A DNA stretch of 64,000 nucleotides from an uncultured Verrucomicrobiae bacterium (lineage in GTDB: Bacteria; Verrucomicrobiota; Verrucomicrobiia; Limisphaerales; Palsa-1400), in the NCBI GenBank assembly GCA_963707025.1, contig CAVPOM010000006.1, positions 640,001 to 704,000 of the forward strand. Reading direction: 5' to 3'. Below the pieces are notes generated by a model. The model had not been told where the DNA came from, searched no databases, and saw only the letters and a program-made list of their open reading frames with translations. Of the stretch, positions 32,232 to 42,929 are shown one piece after another; position 1 is the stretch's first letter; each line of letters begins with the position of its first letter. The position numbers and the translations under genes were made by a program.

Positions 32232-32675
32232 ATGAGCATGACCAAAGAAGTAGTTGTCTTGATTGCCGATGATGATCTGGGCCACGTCCGCCTGATCGAG
32301 AAGAATCTCAGCCGGGCCGGGCTGCACAATCCCATTGAGCGGTTTGGCAACGGCCAGGAGATATTGGATTTTCTCTTCGGCCGCGGCCCGCGCCGGCGGG
32401 CCGGGGAAGCGTCCTACTTGCTGCTGCTGGATATCCGCATGCCAAAAATGGACGGCGTGGAAGTGCTCCGGCAGATCAAGGCCGACCCGGAGCTAAGGAA
32501 AATTCCGGTCATCATGCTCACGACCACCGATGATCCGCGCGAAGTGGAACATTGCCATGCCCTGGGTTGCAGCACCTACGTGGTCAAACCGGTGGATTAC
32601 GAAAAGTTTGCCGAGGCGATCAAGCAGTTCGGCTTGTTCATTGCGCTGGTGCAAGTGCCCGAAGTTCGCACCTGA
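32232..32675 (+). CDS. Single-domain response regulator (Rcp1-like)
   Basis: ADDD, LLDIRMPKMDG, MLTT and KP. Confidence 0.92.
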   Translation: MSMTKEVVVLIADDDLGHVRLIEKNLSRAGLHNPIERFGNGQEILDFLFGRGPRRRAGEASYLLLLDIRMPKMDGVEVLRQIKADPELRKIPVIMLTTTDDPREVEHCHALGCSTYVVKPVDYEKFAEAIKQFGLFIALVQVPEVRT

Positions 32676-32682
32676 GTGGAGC

Positions 32683-34101
32683 ATGAGGGCAGACAAACCA
32701 GCGGCGACGCTTTTGATTGTGGATGATGATCGCGGGCTGCTGCGCTTGGCGGCCAAGGCCCTGCAACGGGAGGGGTTCGCCGTCGCCACCGCCGCGGCCG
32801 GCCCGGAAGCCATGGCCTGGCTGAAAGCCAGCCGGCCGGATTTGCTCCTGCTCGATTTGAAGCTTCAGGATTGCGACGCCCGCCAACTCCTTCGTCAACT
32901 CTCCGACCTCAACCGCCTGCCCCCCTTCCTCATTATCACCGGCCAGGGCGATGAACGGGTCGCCGTCGAGATGATGAAAGGCGGCGCCCGGGATTACCTG
33001 GTCAAAGGCGCCGATTTTTTGGAGTTCCTGCCCAAGGTGGCCGCCCGCGTGCTGGCCCAGATCGAGCAGGAAGGCAAACTGGCCGCCGCCGAAGCCGCCT
33101 TGCGTTTGAGCGAGGAACGATTCCGCGTGGCCTTGAAGAATTCTCCCATCATGGTCTTTAACCAGGACACCCGCCTGCGCTATACCTGGGTTCACAACCA
33201 GGCGGTCGTGCAAGCGGGCCGCGACATGCTGGGCAGGACCGACGGCGAACTCTTTGCCGCCGCCGAGGCGGACCGGTTGACCCAGATTAAAGCCCGCGTT
33301 CTGTTGACAGGAACCGGTTTGCGACAGGAGATTTGCCGCGTGGCGGGCGGGGAAAAACATTTCTATGATCTGACGGTCGAACCGGTGCGGGATGCTCAGG
33401 GCCAGATCAGGGGCATCACCGGGGCGGCCATGGAGGTGACCGAGCGCAAGCGCTTGGAGGAGGAAATCCTGCAAATCAGCGAAATGGAACAGCGCCGCAT
33501 CGGGCAGGATTTGCACGATGGCATTTGCCAGCACCTGGCCGGCATCGAATTGAAAAGCCAGTCCCTGGCCCAGACCCTGGAGAAGAAAGCCAAGGCCCAG
33601 GCCGCCCAAGCCGAACAAATCGCCCGCCATGTCCGTGATGTCCTCGGCCAGACCCGCTCCCTGGCCCGCGGCCTGTCCCCCTTTATTCTGGAAGCCGAAG
33701 GTTGGGTGTCGGCGTTGCGGGAATTGGCCGCCCACACACAGAAACTGTTCAACGTCAAATGTCATTTCCGCAACGACCGGCCGGTGGCGATTGCCGATCC
33801 GGCCATGGCCACCCATCTTTATCGCATTGCCCAGGAAGCCGTCACCAACGCCATCAAACACGGCAAGGCCAGCGCCGTCGAAATCAGCCTGACCCACGCC
33901 AACGATAAAATGGTTTTGGCCATCAGCGATAATGGCATCGGTTTTAAATCCCCGGCCCGGCCCGGAACCGGCATGGGCTTGCGCACCATGCAATATCGGG
34001 CTGGCAGAATCGGGGCCGCCTTGCTGGTGCAGACCCCGCCCGAGGGGGGGACCAGAATCGTTTGCTTTTTCCAGAACTCCGCCCGCCCGCCCGCCCCATG
34101 A
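32683..34101 (+). CDS. REC-PAS-HisKA_3 hybrid histidine kinase
   Basis: LIVDDD..., PAS, RRIGQDLHD, QEAVTNAIKH, DNGIGF and GMGL. Confidence 0.9.
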   Translation: MRADKPAATLLIVDDDRGLLRLAAKALQREGFAVATAAAGPEAMAWLKASRPDLLLLDLKLQDCDARQLLRQLSDLNRLPPFLIITGQGDERVAVEMMKGGARDYLVKGADFLEFLPKVAARVLAQIEQEGKLAAAEAALRLSEERFRVALKNSPIMVFNQDTRLRYTWVHNQAVVQAGRDMLGRTDGELFAAAEADRLTQIKARVLLTGTGLRQEICRVAGGEKHFYDLTVEPVRDAQGQIRGITGAAMEVTERKRLEEEILQISEMEQRRIGQDLHDGICQHLAGIELKSQSLAQTLEKKAKAQAAQAEQIARHVRDVLGQTRSLARGLSPFILEAEGWVSALRELAAHTQKLFNVKCHFRNDRPVAIADPAMATHLYRIAQEAVTNAIKHGKASAVEISLTHANDKMVLAISDNGIGFKSPARPGTGMGLRTMQYRAGRIGAALLVQTPPEGGTRIVCFFQNSARPPAP

Positions 34102-34778
34102 AGCCGATGAGAAAAGCGGCCCAGGCGCAAACCAGAATCCTCATCGTGGATGATCATCCCATGATGCGGGAGGGTTTGGCCCAACTGATTGCCCACCAGC
34201 CGGACATGATGGTCTGCGGCGAAGCGGGCGAGGCGGGCGACGCCTTGGAAAAAGTCAGGCTGCTCAAACCCAACCTGGTCCTGGCCGACATTACGCTGCC
34301 GGGTCGAAACGGCCTGGAACTGATCAAAGACCTCCAGGCGATGGATGCCGGCGTTTTGGTTCTGGTTATTTCCATGCACGATGAATCCCTTTATGCCGAG
34401 CGTGTCCTCCGCGCCGGCGGGCGCGGCTACGTCATGAAACAGGAAGGCGGCAAAAAAATCATGGAAGCCATTCGCCAGGTTTCCGCCGGGCAGATTTTTG
34501 TCAGCGAAAAAATGTCGGCCAGGATTTTGGAACTGTTCTCCGGCCGCCGTCCGCCAGGCGGCAAAGCCGCGGTGCAAAACCTGACCGACCGCGAATTCGA
34601 GGTTTACCAATTGATTGGCCAGGGCCTGGGCACCAAGGATATCGCCCGGCAACTGCACCTCAGCCCCAAAACCATCGAAGTCCATCGCGCCAACATCAAA
34701 GTCAAGCTCCAGACCAAAAGCATGGCCGAACTCATCCGCCACGCCGTCCGCTGGGTGGAATCCGATAAGCGGGACTAA
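34098..34778 (+). CDS. NarL/LuxR-family response regulator
   Basis: VDDHP receiver plus LTDREFEV...LSPKTIEVHRANI HTH. Confidence 0.93.
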   Translation: MKPMRKAAQAQTRILIVDDHPMMREGLAQLIAHQPDMMVCGEAGEAGDALEKVRLLKPNLVLADITLPGRNGLELIKDLQAMDAGVLVLVISMHDESLYAERVLRAGGRGYVMKQEGGKKIMEAIRQVSAGQIFVSEKMSARILELFSGRRPPGGKAAVQNLTDREFEVYQLIGQGLGTKDIARQLHLSPKTIEVHRANIKVKLQTKSMAELIRHAVRWVESDKRD

Positions 34779-34834
34779 TCCAGCCAGGCGCCGGGTTGGG
34801 ATTCAACCCGTAAAGAATTCAGGGCGCTTCTCCC

Positions 34835-35473
34835 TTACTCCAGATGAATGATGCCTCGTTGCAGGGCGGTGGTGGCGGCTTGGGTGCGGTCGTTCGCGCT
34901 CAGTTTGGTCAGAATATGGCCCACATGCAGCTTGACGGTGACCTCGGCAATGGTCAGGTCAGAGGCGATTTCCTTGTTGCTTTTGCCCTTGACGATCAAG
35001 CGCAGAACGTCAATCTCCCGCGCCGTCAGGTCCGGGTGCGTCATCCGTTCGGCCAGGCGCGCGCCCACCGCCGGCGAGATGGACCGTTCGCCGGCATTGA
35101 CCGCGCGGATGGTGTCAATCAACTCATTGCGCGCCGCGGTCTTAAGGAGGTAGGTGCGGGCTCCGGCCAGGAGAGAGCGATAAATGTCCTCCTCCCCATC
35201 GTGCGTCGAGAGCATGATGACGGCCGCGCCGGGAAATTCTTTGCAGATGGCCTCGGTCGCCTTCACCCCGCCGATGCCCGGCAGCTTTAAATCCATCAAA
35301 ACGATGTCCGGCTGGTGCTGGCGGTAGGCGGCCACGGCTTGCTCGCCCGTGGAGGCCTCGGTCGTCACCACCATGTCGGCTTCGACGTTAATCGAACCGC
35401 TCAACCCCATCCGCACCACGAAATGGTCATCCACCACCATGACGCGAATTTTCTTTTTGGCTCCGGCTGTCAT
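34835..35473 (-). CDS. NarL/LuxR-family response regulator
   Basis: VDDHF receiver plus LTAREIDVL...SNKEIA HTH. Confidence 0.93.
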   Translation of the reverse strand: MTAGAKKKIRVMVVDDHFVVRMGLSGSINVEADMVVTTEASTGEQAVAAYRQHQPDIVLMDLKLPGIGGVKATEAICKEFPGAAVIMLSTHDGEEDIYRSLLAGARTYLLKTAARNELIDTIRAVNAGERSISPAVGARLAERMTHPDLTAREIDVLRLIVKGKSNKEIASDLTIAEVTVKLHVGHILTKLSANDRTQAATTALQRGIIHLE

Positions 35474-35487
35474 AAAAGCTCATCTCC

Positions 35488-37623
35488 TCAGGCGGCCGGC
35501 AACTGGAATTGACGCTCCGGCCCGGCGGCGGCCACGCCCTCCCGCTTTTCCGCGAACTCGGCGCGGATTTCCGTGCCCTGGCCGGGCACGCTGCACAGGG
35601 AGAAGCGGCCGCCCATCTTTTCCGCCCGTTCGCTCATGTCCAGCAATCCAAAATGGCCCCCATAAATGACCGCGCGGTTGTTGGTGTCGAAGCCTACCCC
35701 GTCATCCTGCACCCGCAAACAGACTTTGCCGGGGTCATAAGCCAGATGGACCGCGATCCGTCCGGCGCGGGCGTGCTTGAGCGCGTTGGCCAGCGCTTCC
35801 TGCGCGATGCGCAGCAGATTGTTCTCCACTTGCGGTGGCAATTTGCGCGGCACACCGGAAGTCTCCGCCGAAATCGGCACCAGCGAACTGCCCGACATCA
35901 GTTTGGTGACTTCGCGCAAGGCGGTGTCCAGGGTGCTGTTTTCCAGCAGGTGCGACCGCAAATCCCACACCGAGCGCCGCGCTTCAAACAGGCTGCGCCG
36001 GCTCATGTTCCGCGCCAGTTGCAGCATCTGCCGGGCCACGCCCGGCGCGGTGTCGAACTGGTCGGCGACCGTTTCCAGTTGGATCGTGATGGCCACCAGT
36101 TCCTGCTCCAGGGTGTCGTGAAATTCCCGCGCGATGCGGGTGCGCTCCTCCAGCACCGCCTCCCGTTGCAGCTTCTGTTGAATGATCGCCGTCTGGTGCC
36201 GGACCCGCCGGTTGAGCACAAATACCCAGGCGAAGCCGGCCAGCAGAATCACCGTCATGATTTCCAGCATCCACAGCAGGCGCGACAGCGTCCACCACGG
36301 CGGATTGCGCATCACCACCACGTCGTCGGCCGAGCGCAGCAACAACTGAAAAGATTCCGGGTGGGTAAAGATGGACGGATTCCAGTTTTCCATGGGCTGC
36401 GGCAGGCAAACACCGGTCAACTCCAATTCACTCCCGATCTGCAAGGCGTTGAAGCGGCGGCCGGTGTTGGCCGTGTCCACCCGCGCGCTCAAAATCACGT
36501 TTTCCGCCTCCAGCACCAGCACCTGCTCCTCACCCCGTTGCGCCCGGTTCATCAGCCGGCCCCGCAACCGGACCAACGCCCCGTCATAGTCGTCGGACAT
36601 CAACTGATTGATCGTCGCGTTGATGGGCGGGGGCGGGGCGCCATGGCCCAGCCGCTGCACCAGCGCGTCCTCCAGCACCGGCACGTACTGGCCCACCGCG
36701 GGAAACCCGGTCACGGCCACCAGATCGCCGGGAATAAACAGGTTGGTCTGGTGCGTTTTGATCGTCAGACCCTCCCCCTGCTCCTGGATGAACAGAGAGG
36801 ATTGCTTTTGCTCCGTCACCACCCCTTGCACTCTTACCCGCCGGCCATAATAACCCTCCGATTTGAACTGGAATAGCTTGGTCAGCGGCACTTCCACCGT
36901 CCCGCCCGCCGCCGGGGTTTCCACGGTAATGTCATCCGAACTGGTCACGCTCAGGAATGGGGCGCGCATTTGCCGGCGGTTGTTGAAACTGGTGCGGCAG
37001 ACCCCTCTGACCCGCACCGTCGCGGCAATGAACTTCTCCGCCTCGGCCGAATCACATCGCGTCACCAGCGCGCTGAGGCGCTGCCCATCGCTGAGCAGAT
37101 CAATCAGCATGTGTCCCCGCACCGACGGCACGATGGACCGCACCACGCCGCGCAGTTCCACCCACTGGCTGTCTTCCGTGCCGGAGGCCACTTGTTCATA
37201 AGTGACGCGGTTGGGTTCTGGCAGCGCCGCCCGGCCCACCACCTTGACCTGTTCGACCAGCACCACCGGCACAAAATCTCCCGGCCCGCTCCGGCCCTTG
37301 ACCTCCACTTCGTCCCCCGCGCTGAAGTCGTTGGTTCCCTCGCCCAGCTTGACGAAAATCCCCCCGGTGGCGTCGTGGATGAACATCCCCCAGTCGTAGG
37401 TGGCCTCGCAAAAGGTCACCACCCCGCGCAGATGCACCGGGTACTGTTTGGCCGCCTGTTCCGGCGTCACTTCGCGAATTTGGCGCACCGTGGTGAGGGT
37501 CGGCAGTTCCGGCGTTTCCCCTGCCGCCGCCCCTTTTGCCGCCACGGAGAAAACAAGGCTGGGCAGCAGAAAAGCCCACAGGGACAAGGGGCTTTGGGCC
37601 GCTTCAAGGTGTTTAGCTTTCAC
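35488..37623 (-). CDS. Membrane sensor histidine kinase (HisKA_3) with repeated beta-rich (OB-like) extracytoplasmic domains
   Basis: Repeated V.LRGVV/GD.V.V.G units, TM after PPWWT, ERTRIAREFHD and GHFGL. Start uncertain (37623 or 37701). Confidence 0.88.
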   Translation of the reverse strand: MKAKHLEAAQSPLSLWAFLLPSLVFSVAAKGAAAGETPELPTLTTVRQIREVTPEQAAKQYPVHLRGVVTFCEATYDWGMFIHDATGGIFVKLGEGTNDFSAGDEVEVKGRSGPGDFVPVVLVEQVKVVGRAALPEPNRVTYEQVASGTEDSQWVELRGVVRSIVPSVRGHMLIDLLSDGQRLSALVTRCDSAEAEKFIAATVRVRGVCRTSFNNRRQMRAPFLSVTSSDDITVETPAAGGTVEVPLTKLFQFKSEGYYGRRVRVQGVVTEQKQSSLFIQEQGEGLTIKTHQTNLFIPGDLVAVTGFPAVGQYVPVLEDALVQRLGHGAPPPPINATINQLMSDDYDGALVRLRGRLMNRAQRGEEQVLVLEAENVILSARVDTANTGRRFNALQIGSELELTGVCLPQPMENWNPSIFTHPESFQLLLRSADDVVVMRNPPWWTLSRLLWMLEIMTVILLAGFAWVFVLNRRVRHQTAIIQQKLQREAVLEERTRIAREFHDTLEQELVAITIQLETVADQFDTAPGVARQMLQLARNMSRRSLFEARRSVWDLRSHLLENSTLDTALREVTKLMSGSSLVPISAETSGVPRKLPPQVENNLLRIAQEALANALKHARAGRIAVHLAYDPGKVCLRVQDDGVGFDTNNRAVIYGGHFGLLDMSERAEKMGGRFSLCSVPGQGTEIRAEFAEKREGVAAAGPERQFQLPAA

Positions 37624-37763
37624 TCGGCCATCGTGCCAGAGCACCGAGGGAACTTCAATGCGGCGATGGGCCTCCATTCGGAATAAGACGGTGCCAGCCA
37701 TTGTTGGAGAAGTCTCGACAAAATGGGGATTCCGTCAAGGCGGCACTCCGGTTAGAGAAAAAC

Positions 37764-37780
37764 TATACTTTGGGAGTATA
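37764..37780. promoter_or_regulatory. Inverted repeat in the divergent promoter region (candidate response-regulator site)
   Basis: TATACT-N5-AGTATA between the two-component pair and the secreted-protein operon. Confidence 0.4.
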
Positions 37781-38037
37781 TGATAATAAATCCAATGCGG
37801 GCGTGACATTTCCGGCCAGACCGTTAGGCTGGGCACCAATCCCAGCGGCGAACGGCAAGCGGTCGAATCGCTCGCTTAAGATTGTGCTTATGAGTATGCA
37901 AAGACGTTGTGCTATCGCCGCATCTGACCGGGCGGGGCGGTTAACGGGGAAGATCTGTTTTCAACGCCCGGCTCGCGTCTGCCCCTGAGATTTACCGTCT
38001 GTCTTCCCAGAACAAACCCGCAGACCCATCCAAATCC

Positions 38038-40065
38038 ATGAAACCAAAACTCGCAAACAATATGAAACGATTACACCGAGAGTCAAAACTTCTCACTATT
38101 CTGGCCGGCGTGATGCTGATGCAGTGCGTCGGCAATGCCCAAACCGTCATTACCGGATATACCAACACTTTTCCCAACGGCGCCAATACGGGACAGTATC
38201 CGGCGCCCGACTGGGACTATTGGTATAGTGTTTACCAAGACCAGAGCTTGGGGGGCTACAATCTCCAAGGCACCAACGACGCGGCCGTGGATGCCGCCGC
38301 CGACGCAACTTCCGGCTCCATGTACGTTTATGCGCCCTTTACCGTCAGTCACGATCAAAACGTATTTGACATCTCGTTTAGCGGCACCGGCATCCATAGC
38401 GGCGGCTCGCAAATTCAAATCAACCTCATCACCAACATTTCGTGGGATATTCACGTCCTGCCGGGAACGATGACCAATACCGACGGCAATTTTGGCTCAC
38501 TCTCGGGCGGTATCATAGAAAACTATAACCGGCATGATGTGACCTTCCTGACGATTCCTGGCTCGGCCACCAACGGCTGGGCTCACATGTCCGAAAACGA
38601 TAGCAATGTGTTCATCGCCATGGCCCTGACCATCAATGCCGCCACTCCCAACGCCGCCATGGGTTGGGGCGTGGCATTCGATCAAAACAGTTATGAGGGT
38701 TATCCCACCAATAACATGACCTTTTGGATTGATAACCTGGTGGTGCAAAGCGCCAGCGTCCCGCCGCCCCCGCCCCCGCCGCCCAGCCTTTTGCCTGATT
38801 TCCAAGCGGCGGCGCCTGGCTTGAACCTGTTCGCAGGCGGGAGCACCGCGCTCAACAACAGGCAGGACCTGGAAACGGTCGCGCAAACTTATTCGTGGGT
38901 TGGGGCCGCGGGGCCGGTCAGTTACTCCTTTACCATCACCAATTATCCTGTCGCGACGAACGATCAATTCCAAACTCAAATCTTCCTGGTGCCGAATCCG
39001 GATGCCGCCGTGGCGCCGGATTACAATGATACGAACTGCATATTTATTGACATGGAAAGCACAACCTCCGGCGGCACGCAAATGACTTTCCGATACAAGA
39101 CCAACAACCCGAACAACAACTCGATGATATACGGAACCAATATATACGGCCTGGGTGGCGGGGTGGCTTCGATCCGCAGCGCCACGCCGCTTGGGACTTA
39201 TACGCTGACTTTTAATCAAAACACCAACGTGACGATGACCGTGCCGGACGGCACCACCACAAACTTCAGCCTTCAAGATGATGCCACCGCGGACACCATG
39301 ACGTTATTCGCCAACAACGTGGCCCTCTACTTCGGCGTGCAAGGGAACAACGCCGCAGGACAGAACGACCATATTGTCGCCTCCGAGTTCAAGGTAACCG
39401 GTCTGGGTGTGAGTGACTTTGACGACAACTTCATTGCCGACGCCGGGGTTCCGAACACGGTCATTTGGAAAACCAACGCCGCCTATGCCCGCGCCATCCA
39501 GTACGTATTGCCCGGCAACCCGTATTGGGTGCGCTGGACCGAGCCAGCCGGCGGCTATGCCCTGCAATCCACCGCCGCCTTGTCAACCAATATTACGTGG
39601 ACCGATGCGACGAACAACCCGGTTTTCACCTCGGGTGCTTACTTCGACCAGTTGATCAACACGAACGACCTGCAACCTGGCAACGCGGCCTACTTCGTCC
39701 TCGTCAAACATATCTTCTCGCAACTGCAAGTCTTGCTGCCGGGCGAAACCAACGCGCCGAACACAACCACAGGCAAGACGGGAACCCCCACTCCAAACAG
39801 TCTGAGCGTTAGTGGCGGCATCGTGACCTGTACCGTCCTGGCGGTGGACGCGCATTGGAACCCGATTCCCGGTGTGACTGACACCGTGGCCGTCACCGAC
39901 AGTGGCGGCGGGGTGGATCCCAACAACGCGGCCTTGGTCAATGGATCGGGCCAGTTTCAGGTGTTCTACGGCGCTCCAGCCAACGGCATTACCATCACCG
40001 CCACGGATGTGACGACTGGCACCATCTTGCCGAACACCAGTTCCCCGTTCAATATCACTCCATGA
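38038..40065 (+). CDS. Secreted Asn/Thr-rich beta-sandwich protein with poly-Pro linker
   Basis: Signal peptide, VPPPPPPPP linker, Verrucomicrobia-type W..P..GY.LQS...W...YF.L segment and a terminal Ig-like region. Confidence 0.85.
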   Translation: MKPKLANNMKRLHRESKLLTILAGVMLMQCVGNAQTVITGYTNTFPNGANTGQYPAPDWDYWYSVYQDQSLGGYNLQGTNDAAVDAAADATSGSMYVYAPFTVSHDQNVFDISFSGTGIHSGGSQIQINLITNISWDIHVLPGTMTNTDGNFGSLSGGIIENYNRHDVTFLTIPGSATNGWAHMSENDSNVFIAMALTINAATPNAAMGWGVAFDQNSYEGYPTNNMTFWIDNLVVQSASVPPPPPPPPSLLPDFQAAAPGLNLFAGGSTALNNRQDLETVAQTYSWVGAAGPVSYSFTITNYPVATNDQFQTQIFLVPNPDAAVAPDYNDTNCIFIDMESTTSGGTQMTFRYKTNNPNNNSMIYGTNIYGLGGGVASIRSATPLGTYTLTFNQNTNVTMTVPDGTTTNFSLQDDATADTMTLFANNVALYFGVQGNNAAGQNDHIVASEFKVTGLGVSDFDDNFIADAGVPNTVIWKTNAAYARAIQYVLPGNPYWVRWTEPAGGYALQSTAALSTNITWTDATNNPVFTSGAYFDQLINTNDLQPGNAAYFVLVKHIFSQLQVLLPGETNAPNTTTGKTGTPTPNSLSVSGGIVTCTVLAVDAHWNPIPGVTDTVAVTDSGGGVDPNNAALVNGSGQFQVFYGAPANGITITATDVTTGTILPNTSSPFNITP

Positions 40066-41003
40066 TGTTGCGCCTCCATTCGGCGGGCGCCGGTTCAGTC
40101 CGGCGCCTGCCCTTTCAAGGTCGCGGATTCACCCTGATTGAGTTGCTGGTCGTCATCGCCATCATCGCCATTCTGGCGGCCCTGCTGCTCCCGGCCCTGG
40201 CGCTTGCCAAACAGCATGCCCTGTCAACCGAGTGCATGAACAACTCCCGCCAGATCATGCTCGGCTGGCACATGTACTCCGACGATAACAACGACCTTCT
40301 CCCCCCCAACGATTATCCTTTCGAAACCTGTTATTATACCGATCCCAACAAAAATGAATTGAAGAATTTGGTTTGCGGCACGATGGAACAGCCGATTGAC
40401 GCGATCATGCTCAGCGAACTCACCGACCCGATCGGCACGGCCCTGTCCTGGTATGTTTCCAACCCCCAGGTTTACCATTGTCCTGCGGACAACTACATTG
40501 ACCCAAATTCGCACAAAGTCCATGTGCGGAGCATCTCCATGAACTCCGCCATCGGGACGGTTTGGTACGGTTTCTATGCCGACGGACTCAAGCTCGGCTC
40601 GACGGTCGGGGGCGGATGGCTGCCTGGCGCCAGCTATAATGCCAATCAGACCACTTGGTTGACTTACGGCAAAATGTCCTCCTTCTCTCAACCAGGCCCG
40701 GCCAACACTTGGGCGATCATGGACGAAAACCCGTACACCATCAACGACGCCTCCCTGGCCATCTCGGCCATGGCGGCCCCCGGCGCCACCTATCTCATTG
40801 ATTATCCTGCCAGCAATCATAACAAGGCGTCGGGCATTTCCTTTGCCGACGGCCATTCCATCATGCACAGGTGGTCGGATCCGCGCACTTACACCCCGGA
40901 AAATCTGCTGGGTCCCGGCCAGGGCAGCACCAGCTCGACCTTGCAGAACCCTGACAACCCGGATTGCTTCTTCCTGGCGCCCATCACCTCCGCCCTGCGC
41001 TAA
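40062..41003 (+). CDS. Prepilin-type N-terminal cleavage/methylation protein with H-X9-DG motif (DUF1559-like)
   Basis: [32 protein letters not shown] and [17 protein letters not shown] overlap with the upstream gene. Confidence 0.92.
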   Translation: MMLRLHSAGAGSVRRLPFQGRGFTLIELLVVIAIIAILAALLLPALALAKQHALSTECMNNSRQIMLGWHMYSDDNNDLLPPNDYPFETCYYTDPNKNELKNLVCGTMEQPIDAIMLSELTDPIGTALSWYVSNPQVYHCPADNYIDPNSHKVHVRSISMNSAIGTVWYGFYADGLKLGSTVGGGWLPGASYNANQTTWLTYGKMSSFSQPGPANTWAIMDENPYTINDASLAISAMAAPGATYLIDYPASNHNKASGISFADGHSIMHRWSDPRTYTPENLLGPGQGSTSSTLQNPDNPDCFFLAPITSALR

Positions 41004-41024
41004 GGCGCGCGGGTCACTTCTTGC

Positions 41025-41294
41025 GGCGGCTTCCAGGATTGGAGTTGGGCCGGTGACAACCTGGAAAACAGCTCGCCGGTTTATTCCGGCAGCGCTTCCA
41101 TCAGTGTCAGCGGCACCAACTGGCAGGCGCTTTGGCTGTACCACAGTGACTTTAACACCGCCCTTTACTCCAACATCAGCTTCTGGATCAACGGCGGCGC
41201 TGGCGGCGGGCAAGTCATCCAGGTGGTCGGCGTACTCAACGGCCTTTATTACGCCGACAGCCTGGGCCAATTGATGAAGACGGAGTTCAATTAA
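41025..41294 (+). pseudogene. Internally deleted remnant of a secreted glycosidase-like gene
   Basis: Hand translation GGFQDWSWAGDNLENSSPVYSGSASISV...ISFWINGGAGGGQ...LNGLYYADSLGQLMKTEFN*. No start codon. Confidence 0.5.
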
Positions 41295-41468
41295 GAATAA
41301 ACCGCTTCCGGCCGATATACAATGTGATGAACTTTTGGATCAAATCAAGAAAGCTCAAACCGGCCGCCACCGTGCCGCCCGAGAGGGATGGTAACGCCTG
41401 CTGACACATGGCCGGACTCCCTCCAGGAAATGTACGGCCAGCAAAGGGCGGATTAGCCACATCATTTC

Positions 41469-42926
41469 ATGGTTTTTAGCGCGCCGAGCTTTTTATTCGT
41501 TTTCCTGCCGGCCGTTTTGATGGGCAGTGTGCTGCCCAGCCTGCGTCTGCGCAACCTGTGGCTGCTCGGGTTCAGCATCCTTTTTTACGCTTGGGGCGAG
41601 CCGGCCTTTGTCTTGTTGATGTTGGGATCAACCCTGCTCAATTATTTTCTGGGCCGGTGGGTCGAACGGAAAACGGACCTTCGCGGGCGCAGATGGGCTG
41701 CCGGCCTGGCCATCGGCCTCAACGTGGGGCTGCTCGCCTTCTTCAAGTACGCCAATTTCGCAGTGGAGAATGTGAATTGGATCCTGGCCTCGGTTGGCCT
41801 GCACCCGGTGCAGGCTGCATCCATCCGGCTGCCGATCGGCATCTCCTTCTTCACCTTTCACGCGCTGTCCTACGTTATAGACATCTACCGCCGAAAATCG
41901 GCCCCGGCCAACAGCCCGGCCGCCACGGCACTCTATATATTCTTCTTCCCGCAATTGATCGCCGGGCCAATCCTGCGGTGGAGCGCCATCGCGCCCCAAA
42001 TCGCCAACCGCACTCAGACGGTGGAACGCTTCGCCCAGGGAGTCCGCCGGTTCGCCGAGGGACTGGCCAAGAAAGTCCTGATCGCCAATGTGCTGGCAGC
42101 CCCAGCCGACGAAATCTTCAAAATCTCCGGCCACGGCCAGGACCTCAGCATGGGATTGGCCTGGTTGGGGGCTGTCTGCTACATGCTGCAAATTTACTTT
42201 GACTTCTCCGGATACTCGGACATGGCGGTCGGCCTGGGGAAGATGTTCGGCTTCCAGTTCATGGAGAATTTCAACTACCCCTATATCTCGCAATCCATCC
42301 GCGAATTCTGGCGGCGCTGGCATATCTCCCTCTCCACCTGGTTTCGCGATTACCTCTACATTCCGTTGGGCGGCAACCGTCGCTCGACCTGGCGCAACCA
42401 CTTTAATCTGCTCATCGTCTTTCTCCTTTGCGGCCTGTGGCACGGAGCCAGTTGGACCTTTGTCATTTGGGGTTTGTATCATGGCTTTTTTATCGTGCTG
42501 GAACATGCCGGCCTGGAGCGGATGCTGGAACGGGCGGCGCGCCCCTTGCGCCATCTCTACGCTCTTCTGGTTGTTCTGGCGGGCTGGGTGCTTTTTCGGG
42601 CGGCAACCTTTTACGGCGCCATCGCCTTTCTGGCAAACATGGTGGGAATAACCTTCGGGCCGGTGGCACCCAGACCGCCGGAATCTTTGTTCACCCATCA
42701 AGCGGCCTGTTCCCTGATTGCCGGACTGGCCCTGTCGGCGCCGCTGTGGCCCTGCTGGAAGCAATGGACCACCCGGACACTGGAGAGGCTGCCAGCGGCT
42801 TTCGCATCCCTCGCGCGCGTCCTCTGCAGCTTGGGCCATCTGCTGCTGACCATCGCACTGCTGCTCCTGTCCGCAGTCTGGCTGGCGGGGGGAACTTATA
42901 ACCCGTTCATCTACTTTAGATTTTAG
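41469..42926 (+). CDS. algI: MBOAT family O-acyltransferase (AlgI/DltB-like)
   Basis: LPIGISFFTF, FPQLIAGPI, YFDFSGYSDMA, EFWRRWHISLS, GLWHGA and NPFIYFRF. Confidence 0.92.
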   Translation: MVFSAPSFLFVFLPAVLMGSVLPSLRLRNLWLLGFSILFYAWGEPAFVLLMLGSTLLNYFLGRWVERKTDLRGRRWAAGLAIGLNVGLLAFFKYANFAVENVNWILASVGLHPVQAASIRLPIGISFFTFHALSYVIDIYRRKSAPANSPAATALYIFFFPQLIAGPILRWSAIAPQIANRTQTVERFAQGVRRFAEGLAKKVLIANVLAAPADEIFKISGHGQDLSMGLAWLGAVCYMLQIYFDFSGYSDMAVGLGKMFGFQFMENFNYPYISQSIREFWRRWHISLSTWFRDYLYIPLGGNRRSTWRNHFNLLIVFLLCGLWHGASWTFVIWGLYHGFFIVLEHAGLERMLERAARPLRHLYALLVVLAGWVLFRAATFYGAIAFLANMVGITFGPVAPRPPESLFTHQAACSLIAGLALSAPLWPCWKQWTTRTLERLPAAFASLARVLCSLGHLLLTIALLLLSAVWLAGGTYNPFIYFRF

Positions 42927-42929
42927 CCA

